This document shows, piece after piece, positions 16,859 through 25,603 of a DNA stretch of 64,000 bases; within the stretch, counting starts at the first letter, position 1; each line of letters opens with the position of its first letter. Both the position numbers and the translations under genes were made by a program. The DNA is from Eubacteriales bacterium (GTDB lineage: Bacteria; Bacillota; Clostridia; Oscillospirales; CAG-272). The DNA lies in the NCBI GenBank assembly GCA_051867925.1, contig JBJDZI010000094.1, forward strand, positions 48,092 through 112,091. The letters run 5' to 3'. The notes beneath the pieces are model-generated. The model worked only from the letters and a program-made list of their open reading frames with translations, did no database searches and was not told the DNA's origin.

Positions 16859-17787
16859 TTCCGCCGTCCTCCGAAGGGGAGGGGCGCCAGCATCCGATCC
16901 AGCGGCCTTGCAAGGAAGGAGCAGATCAGCGCGGCAATCAGAGAGCCGTCCAACCCCGTATAAGTGCGCAGCAGGATGGTCAGCACGCCGAAGAGCGCAC
17001 CGCAAACCAGCCCGGCACGCCCGGTAATGGGCGCAGAGGTGCGGTCTGCAACGATAAAGAGCAACACCAGCAGGAAAGCACCGCTGAACAGGTGCGCGCC
17101 CATGTAATAGAAGACCGACATGGTATCGGGCGCGGTCACATATGCAGTAAGCGCCGCCGCCACCACCCCCGCCAGCGGGATCTGCCAACTCATCTGTCGG
17201 CGGAGAAGCAGATACAAACCACCCAGCAGAAGCAGGAGCGAGGCGATCTCACCCATGTTGCCGTCCATTCTGCCCAGTAGCATATCTGTGATACGCAGCG
17301 AGGGCATATCCCCCGCCCGAAGCATTTCTGCCAGCGTCACACCGCTCTCGCTGTCGATCAGTAGAGGAAAACTGCGAGCGGCGGGAAAGAGGAGCAGGAG
17401 GCATCCCGTCAGTGCCACCAGCGAGATAGGGAGATTCGATTCACTGCGAAAGACCTGCAACATTGCCACAGCGTACAGATCGGCGGCAATGAGAAGCAAC
17501 AGAGGCAGATCAGAGGGCGTGAGCAAGGCGATGAGAAGTCCCACCACAGCCCCCCGAAGGCGCAGGCACGGGAAGCCACCTCTACCGAAACGGTTTTGGA
17601 GGATGCACCCCGCCATATCCAACACAAGGACGGTCAATGTGGACAGAAGAATGCGCAAAAGGGCATCTTTGCCAAACAGCAAAACAGCCCAGACCACGGC
17701 AGGGGTCAGCGCGATCAACCGCTCCAGCGAAAGAATCGCGGGATTATCCCCACAATGCAGACGGGGTTCGGAAAAATGACGGTCCAT
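16855..17787 (-). CDS. RnfD/NqrB-like integral membrane protein
   Basis: 310 aa polytopic. RnfD-like core SESGVTLAEML (S-G-x-T flavinylation-type motif) and GNMGEIASLLLLLGGLYLLLRR. Confidence 0.8.
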   Translation of the reverse strand: MDRHFSEPRLHCGDNPAILSLERLIALTPAVVWAVLLFGKDALLRILLSTLTVLVLDMAGCILQNRFGRGGFPCLRLRGAVVGLLIALLTPSDLPLLLLIAADLYAVAMLQVFRSESNLPISLVALTGCLLLLFPAARSFPLLIDSESGVTLAEMLRAGDMPSLRITDMLLGRMDGNMGEIASLLLLLGGLYLLLRRQMSWQIPLAGVVAAALTAYVTAPDTMSVFYYMGAHLFSGAFLLVLLFIVADRTSAPITGRAGLVCGALFGVLTILLRTYTGLDGSLIAALICSFLARPLDRMLAPLPFGGRRK

Positions 17788-18969
17788 TTAACTCTCCCCT
17801 TTCTCGGATTTTTCTTTCTGCTCACTCTGCTCCCGCTGTTCGCGGCGGCGAAGCAGCTGCCGCTCCCGCGTCTCTTCTGCAAAGAGGCGCAGAGGAAGCC
17901 CCATGGGGCAAATGTAAGAGCAGCATCCGCAACCGATACAGCATTCCGCATCCCGCGGCGCACCCGACAAACGAGCGATCCAAGGCTTTTCAGGAAGGAA
18001 ACGGTAGGGTTGCAAAAACATCGGGCAGGCTTCGCTGCATTTGCCGCAACGAATGCAATCGCCGATTCGCTCGGAGCCGGGCGCGGCAGGGATCAGTGCC
18101 GTGAGTCCACGCTCTACCATTGCAGGCGCGGGACGACCGTCCATCAGCCCGCAAAGCAGAAGCGGGGTGGCTGAGCTGCCGGCTTGGGCGGACTTCACCG
18201 CATCGGGAGAGACGGTATCGAACAGTCCCGCCCTAATCAGATCCGTCACGGGCAGACCGCAGGGCAGATCGTACACCCTTCCCTCTCCGTTTTCAAACAA
18301 AGTGGTGCGCACGGATGTCCGAATCGTCCCCGTGGCAAAATATTGATGCAACGAGATACAACTTTCGGCATCGGCAAGAAACAGTCCCGCCGCTTCGACA
18401 GATGAGGTGGCGGACAGTTCCTTTTGGCAGAGCCAGCGAACGATCAGTTTCGGATGCGCCTGAGGAAAGCGATTCTCCAAAAGTTCCACGGCAATCAGCC
18501 GACTCTTCCGACAAGCCTCACGGATGGCGGCAACTGTCTCGGGATGGTCTTTGTCGCAGAGGATAGACCCCTCCCGCACCGACAAAAGCTTCAGCAGGAT
18601 GGACAGACCTCCCGCGATAGCGTCTGCAAACTCCACGCCCAGCGATGACAAAGACAGCGAAGCGGGATCTGGCTCCAGCAGAGAGACCGCCACATGGCGC
18701 AACTTTCCGGCATTGGAGCGCTCCAGCGCAGTTTCGATATGTTCGGCAAGGGATTTGCCGTCCGCCTCTATGATCCCCGCGGCGCGAACCTCGGCAAGCA
18801 GCTCCTCCGGTGTCGCTTGTGCAAGGGTCTTCCCTGTGCGCACACCAAAGGGGATCGTCCCCTCTTCGGCAGATGAAGCGTCGGGCAGAGTGATCGATGC
18901 GGGAAGCGGACAAACGGTCAGCGAACCTTTGAATACAGGCAGGGAGACCCCGCCGTGAAAATTACTCAT
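17788..18969 (-). CDS. RnfC-like protein with two 4Fe-4S ferredoxin motifs but no recognisable NADH/FMN-binding motif
   Basis: Track ORF to 19008 trimmed to ATG 18969 (MSNFHGGVSLP, GAGG SD 5 nt upstream). CIRCGKCSEACP and CIGCGCCSYICP near the C-terminus. I could not find a GxGGAGFP-type motif. Lys/Glu-rich tail. Confidence 0.75.
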   Translation of the reverse strand: MSNFHGGVSLPVFKGSLTVCPLPASITLPDASSAEEGTIPFGVRTGKTLAQATPEELLAEVRAAGIIEADGKSLAEHIETALERSNAGKLRHVAVSLLEPDPASLSLSSLGVEFADAIAGGLSILLKLLSVREGSILCDKDHPETVAAIREACRKSRLIAVELLENRFPQAHPKLIVRWLCQKELSATSSVEAAGLFLADAESCISLHQYFATGTIRTSVRTTLFENGEGRVYDLPCGLPVTDLIRAGLFDTVSPDAVKSAQAGSSATPLLLCGLMDGRPAPAMVERGLTALIPAAPGSERIGDCIRCGKCSEACPMFLQPYRFLPEKPWIARLSGAPRDAECCIGCGCCSYICPMGLPLRLFAEETRERQLLRRREQREQSEQKEKSEKGES

Positions 18970-19070
18970 ACAAACCTCGTAAAAACAAAGAACAGGGACA
19001 GCGCGCAAAACACGGCATTCGGCGCGCGAGAGCGGTACGATATCCGCAGAATGCCCCTATTTTATGAAGT

Positions 19071-19099
19071 ATTATAATACAGTTTGCCACAAAAATCAA
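19071..19099 (-). promoter_or_regulatory. Sigma-70-type promoter for the rnfC-like operon
   Basis: Minus strand reads TTGATT (19099-19094), 17 nt, TATAAT (19076-19071). Confidence 0.55.
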
Positions 19100-19169
19100 G
19101 AGGAAAGTCGTGAATAGTTGGTAAATTCCGAAAAAGCGAAAAAATCGAATTTTTTTTTTGAAAAAGGTA

Positions 19170-19198
19170 TTGACAAACAGGCTTCTTTATGTTAGAAT
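19170..19198 (+). promoter_or_regulatory. Sigma-70-type promoter for the tRNA pair
   Basis: TTGACA (19170-19175), 17 nt, TGt-TAGAAT (19193-19198), preceded by an A/T tract (UP-like). Confidence 0.65.
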
Positions 19199-19225
19199 AA
19201 TCAAGCGCTCAACCGAGCGATAAAT

Positions 19226-19302
19226 GGCGGAGTAGCTCAGCTGGCTAGAGCAACCGGTTCATACCCGGTAGGTCATGGGTTCAAGTCCAATCTCCGCTAC
19301 CA
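19226..19302 (+). tRNA. tRNA-Met (anticodon CAT, elongator-like; tRNA-Ile2/lysidine cannot be excluded)
   Basis: 77 nt cloverleaf folded by hand: acceptor GGCGGAG/CTCCGCT (G1-U72), D arm GCTC-AGCTGGCTA-GAGC, anticodon arm ACCGG-TTCATAC-CCGGT, T arm with GTTCAAGTC, encoded CCA. One G-A mismatch in the T stem. Confidence 0.9.
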
Positions 19303-19326
19303 ATTATCCGCAAAGCGGATAATTTC

Positions 19327-19401
19327 GGCCCGTTGGTCAAGCGGTTAAGACACGGCCCTTTCACGGCTGTAACATGGGTTCGATTCCCGTACGGGTCACC
19401 A
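19327..19401 (+). tRNA. tRNA-Glu (anticodon TTC)
   Basis: 75 nt: GGCCCGT..GGTCAAGCGGTTAAGAC..anticodon loop CTTTCAC..GGTTCGATTCC..ACGGGTC-A-CCA. Classic Firmicutes tRNA-Glu sequence. Confidence 0.9.
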
Positions 19402-19407
19402 AACGTA

Positions 19408-19457
19408 ACAAATCCGAACTATTTCGTCAATCGAAATTGGTTCGGATTTGTTTTTAT
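19408..19457 (+). terminator. Rho-independent terminator after the tRNA pair
   Basis: ACAAATCCGAAC (19408-19419) pairs with GTTCGGATTTGT (19440-19451), with an inner ATTTCG/CGAAAT stem, followed by TTTTAT. Confidence 0.75.
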
Positions 19458-19931
19458 TTGAATTGTTAATATCTGCATTTGTCGTATTTTTCTCGTTTTT
19501 TCCATTGGATTTGCCCAATTGCGATTCCCAAATCGAGCACGGCAGTCGCGCAAGCGGTCAATACATTTGCCTGCATAAATTTCATCCCCAAGCAAACACT
19601 TGAAACGGCAAGCATATTGTCAGGCAGCATAATAAATGTACCATTTTTTATTATAATGATTGACTTTTGGAGTTTTGTATGGTACAATAAATTTATCAAG
19701 TCATATCAGGAGGTGAACATTATGGCAAACGACGGCAGTTGTGGGGCAAGTGGACGATTATGCAGATATCTACCACGGTTGACAGAGTCGGCTCGTTTTG
19801 CCGCATTGATGTTCTGTGATATGATATTCTGAAATTTCCGTATTGCCTCGCGCACTACGGTATTTTTATGCCCATTTGTTTCTCGCATCAGTTGATACGT
19901 ACAAACTATCAATGAAACGGAGGAAAACAAA

Positions 19932-21356
19932 ATGGAAAACAAAGAAATTTTAACAAGTGAAACCATGGCGGTAAAGCCCGATTACACCGGCAAAATCGTT
20001 GAGATCATCCGAAGCGATGACACGCCAAAGGCGATTATGTTCAAACTGGAGGACTATCACGGCAACGATATTGCCGAAGCAATCGCGGCGCTGACGGTCA
20101 ACGAGCGAAAAAAATTCTATCGGGTATGCAGCGTCAGTATGCTGGCAGATATTTTCGAATATCTTGAAGCTGATCAAGCAGGAGTTTATCTCAACGAAAT
20201 GGACATCCGAAAAGCCGTATCCATTATTTCCAAACTGGACACGGACACGGCTTTGGAGATTCTCCGCTGTGTCGAGAAGGAAAAGCGCGCGCTTTTCATT
20301 GATATGCTGCCCGACGATATTCAAAAAGAAATTCGTTTTATCGCCTCGTTGGACGAAGACCAGATCGGCAGCAGAATGACCACCAACTGCATCGTCATCC
20401 ACGAAGGGATGACGGTCAAGCAGGCGATGAACGAACTGGTTCGCCAAGCGGAGGAAAACGACAACATTTCAACGCTGTTCGTAGTGGATGAAAAAGACGA
20501 GTTCTGCGGTGCAATCGATCTGAAAGACCTGATCACGGCAAGAAGCAACACGCCTCTGGAAAATTTGATCGCAAGCTCCTTCCCCTACGTTTACGCAAAT
20601 GAGCAGGTCGCTGACTGTATCGAAAAACTGAAGGACTATTCCGAAAGCATCATCCCCGTGCTGGATGATTCCAACAAATTGCTGGGCGTCATTACGTCCC
20701 AAAACATTATCGAAGCCGTGGACGATGAAATGGGCGAGGATTACGCCAAACTTGCAGGTCTGACCGCCGAAGAAGATCTGAACGAAACTCTGGCACAAAG
20801 CATCCAAAAACGTATGCCTTGGCTTCTGGTCTTACTGGGGCTGGGCATCGTCGTTTCAACGGTTGTGGGTGTCTTTGAAAAGGTCGTGGCACAGCTCACG
20901 TTGATCATGGCGTTTCAGTCTTTGATTCTGGATATGGCGGGCAACGTGGGGACGCAATCTCTTGCGGTCACCATCCGAGTTCTGACCAATGAAAATCTCA
21001 CCTTACAGCAGAAATTCAAGCTGGTTTCCAAGGAAGTGCGGGTCGGTCTGTGCAACGGAGTGTTTCTCGGCTCTATCTCGTTCGTACTGATCGGGTTGTA
21101 TATTCTCCTGTTCAAGCACAAAACTGCCCTCTTCTCCTTTGCAGTATCGGGTTGTATCAGTATGTCTCTGATCCTTGCCATGCTGATCTCCAGTGCCGTA
21201 GGTACGCTGATCCCTCTGTTCTTCAAGAAGATCAAGGTCGATCCTGCCGTTGCATCGGGTCCGCTGATCACAACCGTCAACGACTTGGTGGCTGTGGTAG
21301 CCTATTACGGGATGAGTTGGTTGCTTCTGATCAACGTCCTGCACCTTGCCGCCTGA
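19932..21356 (+). CDS. mgtE: Magnesium transporter MgtE
   Basis: 474 aa. MgtE N-domain, CBS pair, C-terminal TM domain with GNVGTQS and PLITTVNDL motifs. GGAGG SD. Confidence 0.92.
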   Translation: MENKEILTSETMAVKPDYTGKIVEIIRSDDTPKAIMFKLEDYHGNDIAEAIAALTVNERKKFYRVCSVSMLADIFEYLEADQAGVYLNEMDIRKAVSIISKLDTDTALEILRCVEKEKRALFIDMLPDDIQKEIRFIASLDEDQIGSRMTTNCIVIHEGMTVKQAMNELVRQAEENDNISTLFVVDEKDEFCGAIDLKDLITARSNTPLENLIASSFPYVYANEQVADCIEKLKDYSESIIPVLDDSNKLLGVITSQNIIEAVDDEMGEDYAKLAGLTAEEDLNETLAQSIQKRMPWLLVLLGLGIVVSTVVGVFEKVVAQLTLIMAFQSLILDMAGNVGTQSLAVTIRVLTNENLTLQQKFKLVSKEVRVGLCNGVFLGSISFVLIGLYILLFKHKTALFSFAVSGCISMSLILAMLISSAVGTLIPLFFKKIKVDPAVASGPLITTVNDLVAVVAYYGMSWLLLINVLHLAA

Positions 21357-21474
21357 ATGGCGTTACCACCATCAGTCACCTGCGCAGATGCGCTCGATGC
21401 CCCCTTTGCGCGTATCCCCCGCAATTTTTCTTGGTCTGAAATCAATAAATCCAAGCAGAAAGGATTGCATTCAT

Positions 21475-23136
21475 TTGATCTGTACAAAACTGGTATCTTC
21501 TCTGGAAAAGTGCTTCGTCGATGAGCCCATCGAGAAATTTGAGGCACTCAGGCAAATCTCCATGCTGAAAAACGAACGGCTTTCGGTTCAGCTGTTGTAC
21601 ACGGCAAGGGGGGACGAGGAGACGCACACTACACGGCGCAAGCTGTCCATTGAGGGTGCGCCCGCTGCTTTTGCCACCGTCCGCACCGTCGAGCAGGTTC
21701 CCGTGATGCTTGCGGCACCCGACCCCGTGCCGGACGGCAACTATCTGCGCACCGCCCCCGGTATTTATCCCGATATTCTGCAACCGCTCCACTATCACGA
21801 AAGCGTGACGGTGGTGAGAAATCATCTGCTCAGCGTATGGGTGGAATTTGATCCCCGGGATCGCCTTGCCGCAGGGGAATACGAGGTCACATTTTCGCTG
21901 ACCGATGCCGACAGTCAGGTTTGTGCGCAGGAAGTGCTGAGGTTAGATGTGATCGACGCCGACCTTCCCCCGCAGGAGCTGATCTTCACCCAGTGGTTTC
22001 ATTGCGACACGCTGGCAAATTACTACAACTGCGAGCCTTGGTCGGAAAGACATTGGGAGATCGTGGAAAATTTCGCCAAAGCCGCGGTGCGAAACGGTGT
22101 CAATCTCCTGCTGACTCCCATCCATACCCCACCCCTGGACACCGAGATGGGTGGCGAGCGTCTGACCACGCAGCTGGTGGACGTCACGCTTGAGGACGGC
22201 GTTTACAGCTTCGGCTTTGAAAAATTGGATCGCTGGATCGATCTGTGCGACCGCATCGGCATTCAATATTTCGAGATCGCCCACTTCTTTACGCAGTGGG
22301 GCGCAGAACACGCTCCGAAAATCATGGCAACTGTCAACGGTGAATACAAAAAACTCTTCGGCTGGGAAACCGATGCCACGGGCGAGGAATACACCGCATA
22401 TCTGCGCACCTTCATTACCGCCTTTTTGGCGCATATGAAGGCAAGGGGGGATGACAAGCGTTGCTTTTTCCACGTGTCTGACGAGCCCAGCGCCGCACAT
22501 CTTAGCTCCTACCGTGCCGCCAAGAACGTGGTGGCAGATTTGCTGAAGGATTACGTGATCATGGATGCACTCTCAAACTTTGAATACTGGAGCGCTGGAC
22601 TGGTCAGAACCCCCATTCCCGCCAGCGATCACATCGAACCTTTTATCGAAGCAAAGGTGCCCGGGCTTTGGACCTATTACTGTTGTGGTCAAACGAAAGA
22701 TGTTTCCAACCGCCTCGTCGCCATGCCCCTTTGGCGCACGCGCTCCATCGGAATGCAGATGTACAAATTCGATATCGCAGGCTTTTTGCATTGGGGTTTC
22801 AACCATTTCAACAACTGCGGTTCGATCGATGCCATCAATCCCTACACCGATCTTTCCGGCGATTACTGGGTGCCTGCAGGAGACACACACTCGGTCTATC
22901 CCGCGCAGAACGGAACGGCACTGGAGTCGATCCGCATCATCTCTTTCTACGAAGCCTTGCAGGATCTGCGGGCGATGAAACTCGCCGAGACGGTCTGCGG
23001 CAAAGAGATACTCGTCAGCGAGATGGAAAAACGGTTCGGCGGCGAAATCCGCTTCGACCGCTGCGCCCATGATGCCGTCACCCTGCTCTCTGTCCGCGAG
23101 TATGTGAACAGCGTCATCAAACAATCCTTGCAATAA
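21475..23136 (+). CDS. DUF4091 domain protein (glycoside-hydrolase-like, GH123-related fold)
   Basis: Track ORF starts at 21346, inside the mgtE 3' end. I prefer TTG 21475 (..CTKLVSSLEKCF, the typical family N-terminus). The start is uncertain. Body ..FTQWFHCD..LLLTPIHTPPLD..FHVSDEP..GFLHWGFNH. Confidence 0.7.
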   Translation: MICTKLVSSLEKCFVDEPIEKFEALRQISMLKNERLSVQLLYTARGDEETHTTRRKLSIEGAPAAFATVRTVEQVPVMLAAPDPVPDGNYLRTAPGIYPDILQPLHYHESVTVVRNHLLSVWVEFDPRDRLAAGEYEVTFSLTDADSQVCAQEVLRLDVIDADLPPQELIFTQWFHCDTLANYYNCEPWSERHWEIVENFAKAAVRNGVNLLLTPIHTPPLDTEMGGERLTTQLVDVTLEDGVYSFGFEKLDRWIDLCDRIGIQYFEIAHFFTQWGAEHAPKIMATVNGEYKKLFGWETDATGEEYTAYLRTFITAFLAHMKARGDDKRCFFHVSDEPSAAHLSSYRAAKNVVADLLKDYVIMDALSNFEYWSAGLVRTPIPASDHIEPFIEAKVPGLWTYYCCGQTKDVSNRLVAMPLWRTRSIGMQMYKFDIAGFLHWGFNHFNNCGSIDAINPYTDLSGDYWVPAGDTHSVYPAQNGTALESIRIISFYEALQDLRAMKLAETVCGKEILVSEMEKRFGGEIRFDRCAHDAVTLLSVREYVNSVIKQSLQ

Positions 23137-23259
23137 GTAACAAGAGCGCATCATCGGTCGCACCGCTTTGCGGTGCGACCGACAGTCATCCCATCCTCTC
23201 TCAAAAGAACCCGCCGAAAAGGTTTGCCCCTCTCCGACGGGTGTTTTGACTTTTCCGCA

Positions 23260-24267
23260 TCACTCCCACGCCTGCCCCAGCGTACAATCGGGGTAGTAAT
23301 GCGACAGAATCTCCCCCGAGTTCAGCCCGCCCCGGGCGTACACCTCTGCCCCTGCCCGGGAAAGTCCGCAGCCGCTTCCCGCGCCCCTGCAGGTGACGAT
23401 CAGCGCATCCGCAGTCCCCTCAATCTGCAGATTCCCCGACGGCAGATCCAGCGCATCGGCAAAAACGGTAGCAGACAGGATTGTTCCCCCTACGCACACC
23501 GACTCCGCCGTCCCCTCATTCGGTGAGACGGCAACCTCCCATTCTCGCGGATCGGCAGACAAAAGCAAGCCAAAACGGGCTGCCAGCGCGGCGCGGGCAT
23601 CCTCTGCGGGAATGCGGCAGACCGTCACTGCCGCTTCCTCGGGGGTGGTCACCGATGTCAGCCATGGCAGACTCTCTACTGAACGGGTCACGCCTACGGA
23701 AGAGGTATGCACCATAGCGGGGATCACCTCTCCCTCAAAGCACAGCACCTGCCCGCGGGTGGCGGTGACCGCCCGCTTGGCGGCATCGATGCGGGCGGCG
23801 GTCTCGTCCTTGCCCAGCGCAACGGTCAGTTCACGCTCCGAACAGTAAGGAAGCCCGTGAGCGGGACTGTCGCAAAGCGTTCGCCGTGCCACTGGCGTTT
23901 TCGCGCTTTCCTGCTCCTTCTCCGCGCCGCCGTCGCAATAATCCATCCACCAGACCGCGCGGGAACGAAGTACCACCGCCTGCGCCTCCAGCGAAGCGGA
24001 CGGCGTATCCGAAGCATTGGTTGCCGCCAGCGACAGAATCAGCACCCGCTCCAGCGTCAGTTCATCCGCCTCCTCCCCGCCGTGACGGCAGATCAGGACG
24101 ACAGTCTGCTCGGACAAGAACTCTGCCTCCCCGCCTCCCGAAAGCCCGAACAGGAGTGCCGCCAGCGCAGGGAGCGCAGTCGCCATCAAAAGCCCAAACA
24201 GCCCCAGTGCCCACTCCTTGCGCAGTCCTCTTTTCTGCCTCTCGTCCCGATTTCTGTATTTTTTCAT
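23260..24267 (-). CDS. SpoIID/LytB domain protein (divergent), N-terminal membrane anchor
   Basis: Trimmed to ATG 24267 (MKKYRNRDERQKR, GGGGAG SD). LEAQAVVLRSRAVWW, MVHTSSVGVTRS, CRGAGSGCGLSRAGAEVYA..GEILSHYYP resemble SpoIID blocks. Confidence 0.7.
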   Translation of the reverse strand: MKKYRNRDERQKRGLRKEWALGLFGLLMATALPALAALLFGLSGGGEAEFLSEQTVVLICRHGGEEADELTLERVLILSLAATNASDTPSASLEAQAVVLRSRAVWWMDYCDGGAEKEQESAKTPVARRTLCDSPAHGLPYCSERELTVALGKDETAARIDAAKRAVTATRGQVLCFEGEVIPAMVHTSSVGVTRSVESLPWLTSVTTPEEAAVTVCRIPAEDARAALAARFGLLLSADPREWEVAVSPNEGTAESVCVGGTILSATVFADALDLPSGNLQIEGTADALIVTCRGAGSGCGLSRAGAEVYARGGLNSGEILSHYYPDCTLGQAWE

Positions 24268-24329
24268 AGAAAACGCTCCCCTTCTACAATCTTTTTTAGT
24301 ATATGCGTGAACTTTTTTCCAAAGAACAA

Positions 24330-24358
24330 TTGACAGAACGGCTTTCATCGGTTATAAT
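24330..24358 (+). promoter_or_regulatory. Sigma-70-type promoter for galM
   Basis: TTGACA (24330-24335), 17 nt, TATAAT (24353-24358). Confidence 0.6.
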
Positions 24359-24420
24359 AAAGGTAATTATTCCAAGATACGGGAGTCCATCAGCATCCCG
24401 TACCCATCCGGAGGTACATT

Positions 24421-25467
24421 ATGAGCATTACGAAATCCCTGTTCGGCACGATGCCCGACGGCACCGAAGTGAACCTGTACACCATGGCGCAGGAGGATAT
24501 GACCGTCTCGGTCACCGAATACGGCGCCCGTATCACAAAGGTTTTGTTTAACGGTGTCAGCGTAGTCTGTGGCTTCGACACCCTTGCAGGCTATCTGGCA
24601 GACGGCGATTACCACGGCTCTGTCGTAGGCAGATACGCCAACCGCATTGCGGGCGGGCGTTTCACGCTTCACGGCAAGACCTATCAGCTCAACAACAACG
24701 AAAAGGGCAGATACCATCTTCACGGCGGCAATGTTGGCTATTCCAGCCGCCTTTGGGAGACCGTCTCCGCCCGCGAAGATGACGGTGCCGATCTGGTGAC
24801 CTTCAAACTCCGCTCCCCCGACGGGGAGGAAGGCTATCCCGGCACTCTGCGGATCCTCGTGACCTATATGCTGAAGGACAACGCGCTGACCATCTCGTAC
24901 AGTGCCATCAGCGATGCCGACACTGTCATCAATCTTACCAACCACGCTTACTTCTCGTTGGGTGGCGTAGGCTCCACCGTTCTGGATCAGACCCTGACCC
25001 TCGCCTGCGATCACTACGTTCCCGTAGACGGCAAGCTGATCCCCTTCGGCGATCTGGCAGATGTCAGCGGCACACCCTTCGACTTCCGCACCCCCAAAAC
25101 CATCGGGCAGGATATCGCCGCAGACGATCCGCAGATCAAGGTCGGCGGCGGCTATGACCATTGCTTCGTGCGAAACGGCGGCGCAGAACTGAGTTCTCCC
25201 GAGTGGATCGGCACCATCTCCTCGCCCAAGACAGGCATTGAGATGCAGATCCTCACCACGGAAGGGGGCATCCAGATGTACACCTGCAACTTCATGTCCG
25301 CGCCCAACCCCTTCTTCCGAACCATTCCTCAGCAAAAGAACGAGGCGGTGGCGCTGGAGTGCAACCGCATCCCCGACTCTCCCAACCAGAAGAACTTCCC
25401 CTCTCCCGTGCTGAAGGCGGGCGACGAGTACAGCCAAACCACCGTTTACGCTTTTAAGAAGCTGTAA
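24421..25467 (+). CDS. galM: Aldose 1-epimerase (galactose mutarotase)
   Basis: 348 aa. VVGRYANRIAGGRFTLHGKTYQL..NEKGRYHLHGG, TNHAYFSL, GYDHCF. Typical mutarotase motifs. Confidence 0.9.
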   Translation: MSITKSLFGTMPDGTEVNLYTMAQEDMTVSVTEYGARITKVLFNGVSVVCGFDTLAGYLADGDYHGSVVGRYANRIAGGRFTLHGKTYQLNNNEKGRYHLHGGNVGYSSRLWETVSAREDDGADLVTFKLRSPDGEEGYPGTLRILVTYMLKDNALTISYSAISDADTVINLTNHAYFSLGGVGSTVLDQTLTLACDHYVPVDGKLIPFGDLADVSGTPFDFRTPKTIGQDIAADDPQIKVGGGYDHCFVRNGGAELSSPEWIGTISSPKTGIEMQILTTEGGIQMYTCNFMSAPNPFFRTIPQQKNEAVALECNRIPDSPNQKNFPSPVLKAGDEYSQTTVYAFKKL

Positions 25468-25476
25468 CCGTACTTC

Positions 25477-25516
25477 ATTGCCTCGGATGCGCCATGCATT
25501 CGAGGCAATCTTTTCT
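25477..25516 (+). terminator. Terminator hairpin after galM
   Basis: ATTGCCTCG (25477-25485) / CGAGGCAAT (25501-25509), then CTTTTCT. Confidence 0.6.
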
Positions 25517-25603
25517 CCTGTTTTCCCAATAAACGGGCGGCAAAGAAGATTCAATTCTATTTTTCTAAATCTTCATATAACCGTCACATTTCAGGGGTAA
25601 ACT

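Noticed and set aside
16859-17188. N-terminal 110-aa extension of the PPTase ORF (poly-Gly, Arg/Cys-rich)
   Set aside because: It overlaps the RnfD-like gene in another frame. The PPTase homology begins at GTG 16858, which forms a GTGA coupling with the upstream stop.
16855-18969. Annotation as a complete Rnf ion-translocating complex
   Set aside because: Only C- and D-like subunits are present. The C-like protein lacks a visible NADH-binding motif. It is called an orphan pair instead (see findings).
19466-19966. Minus-strand small ORFs 19466..19699 (77 aa) and 19706..19966 (86 aa) in the AT-rich mgtE leader
   Set aside because: No SD sequences. One needs a TTG start and the other runs antisense into the mgtE start. 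Open frames arise readily here because the region is AT-rich and non-coding. A type I toxin was considered, but no promoter or antisense-RNA arrangement supports it.
23154-23182. 12-bp perfect hairpin TCGGTCGCACCG/CGGTGCGACCGA between convergent genes, as an intrinsic terminator
   Set aside because: There is no U-tract on either strand. It may still pause or stabilise transcripts, but I do not call it a terminator.
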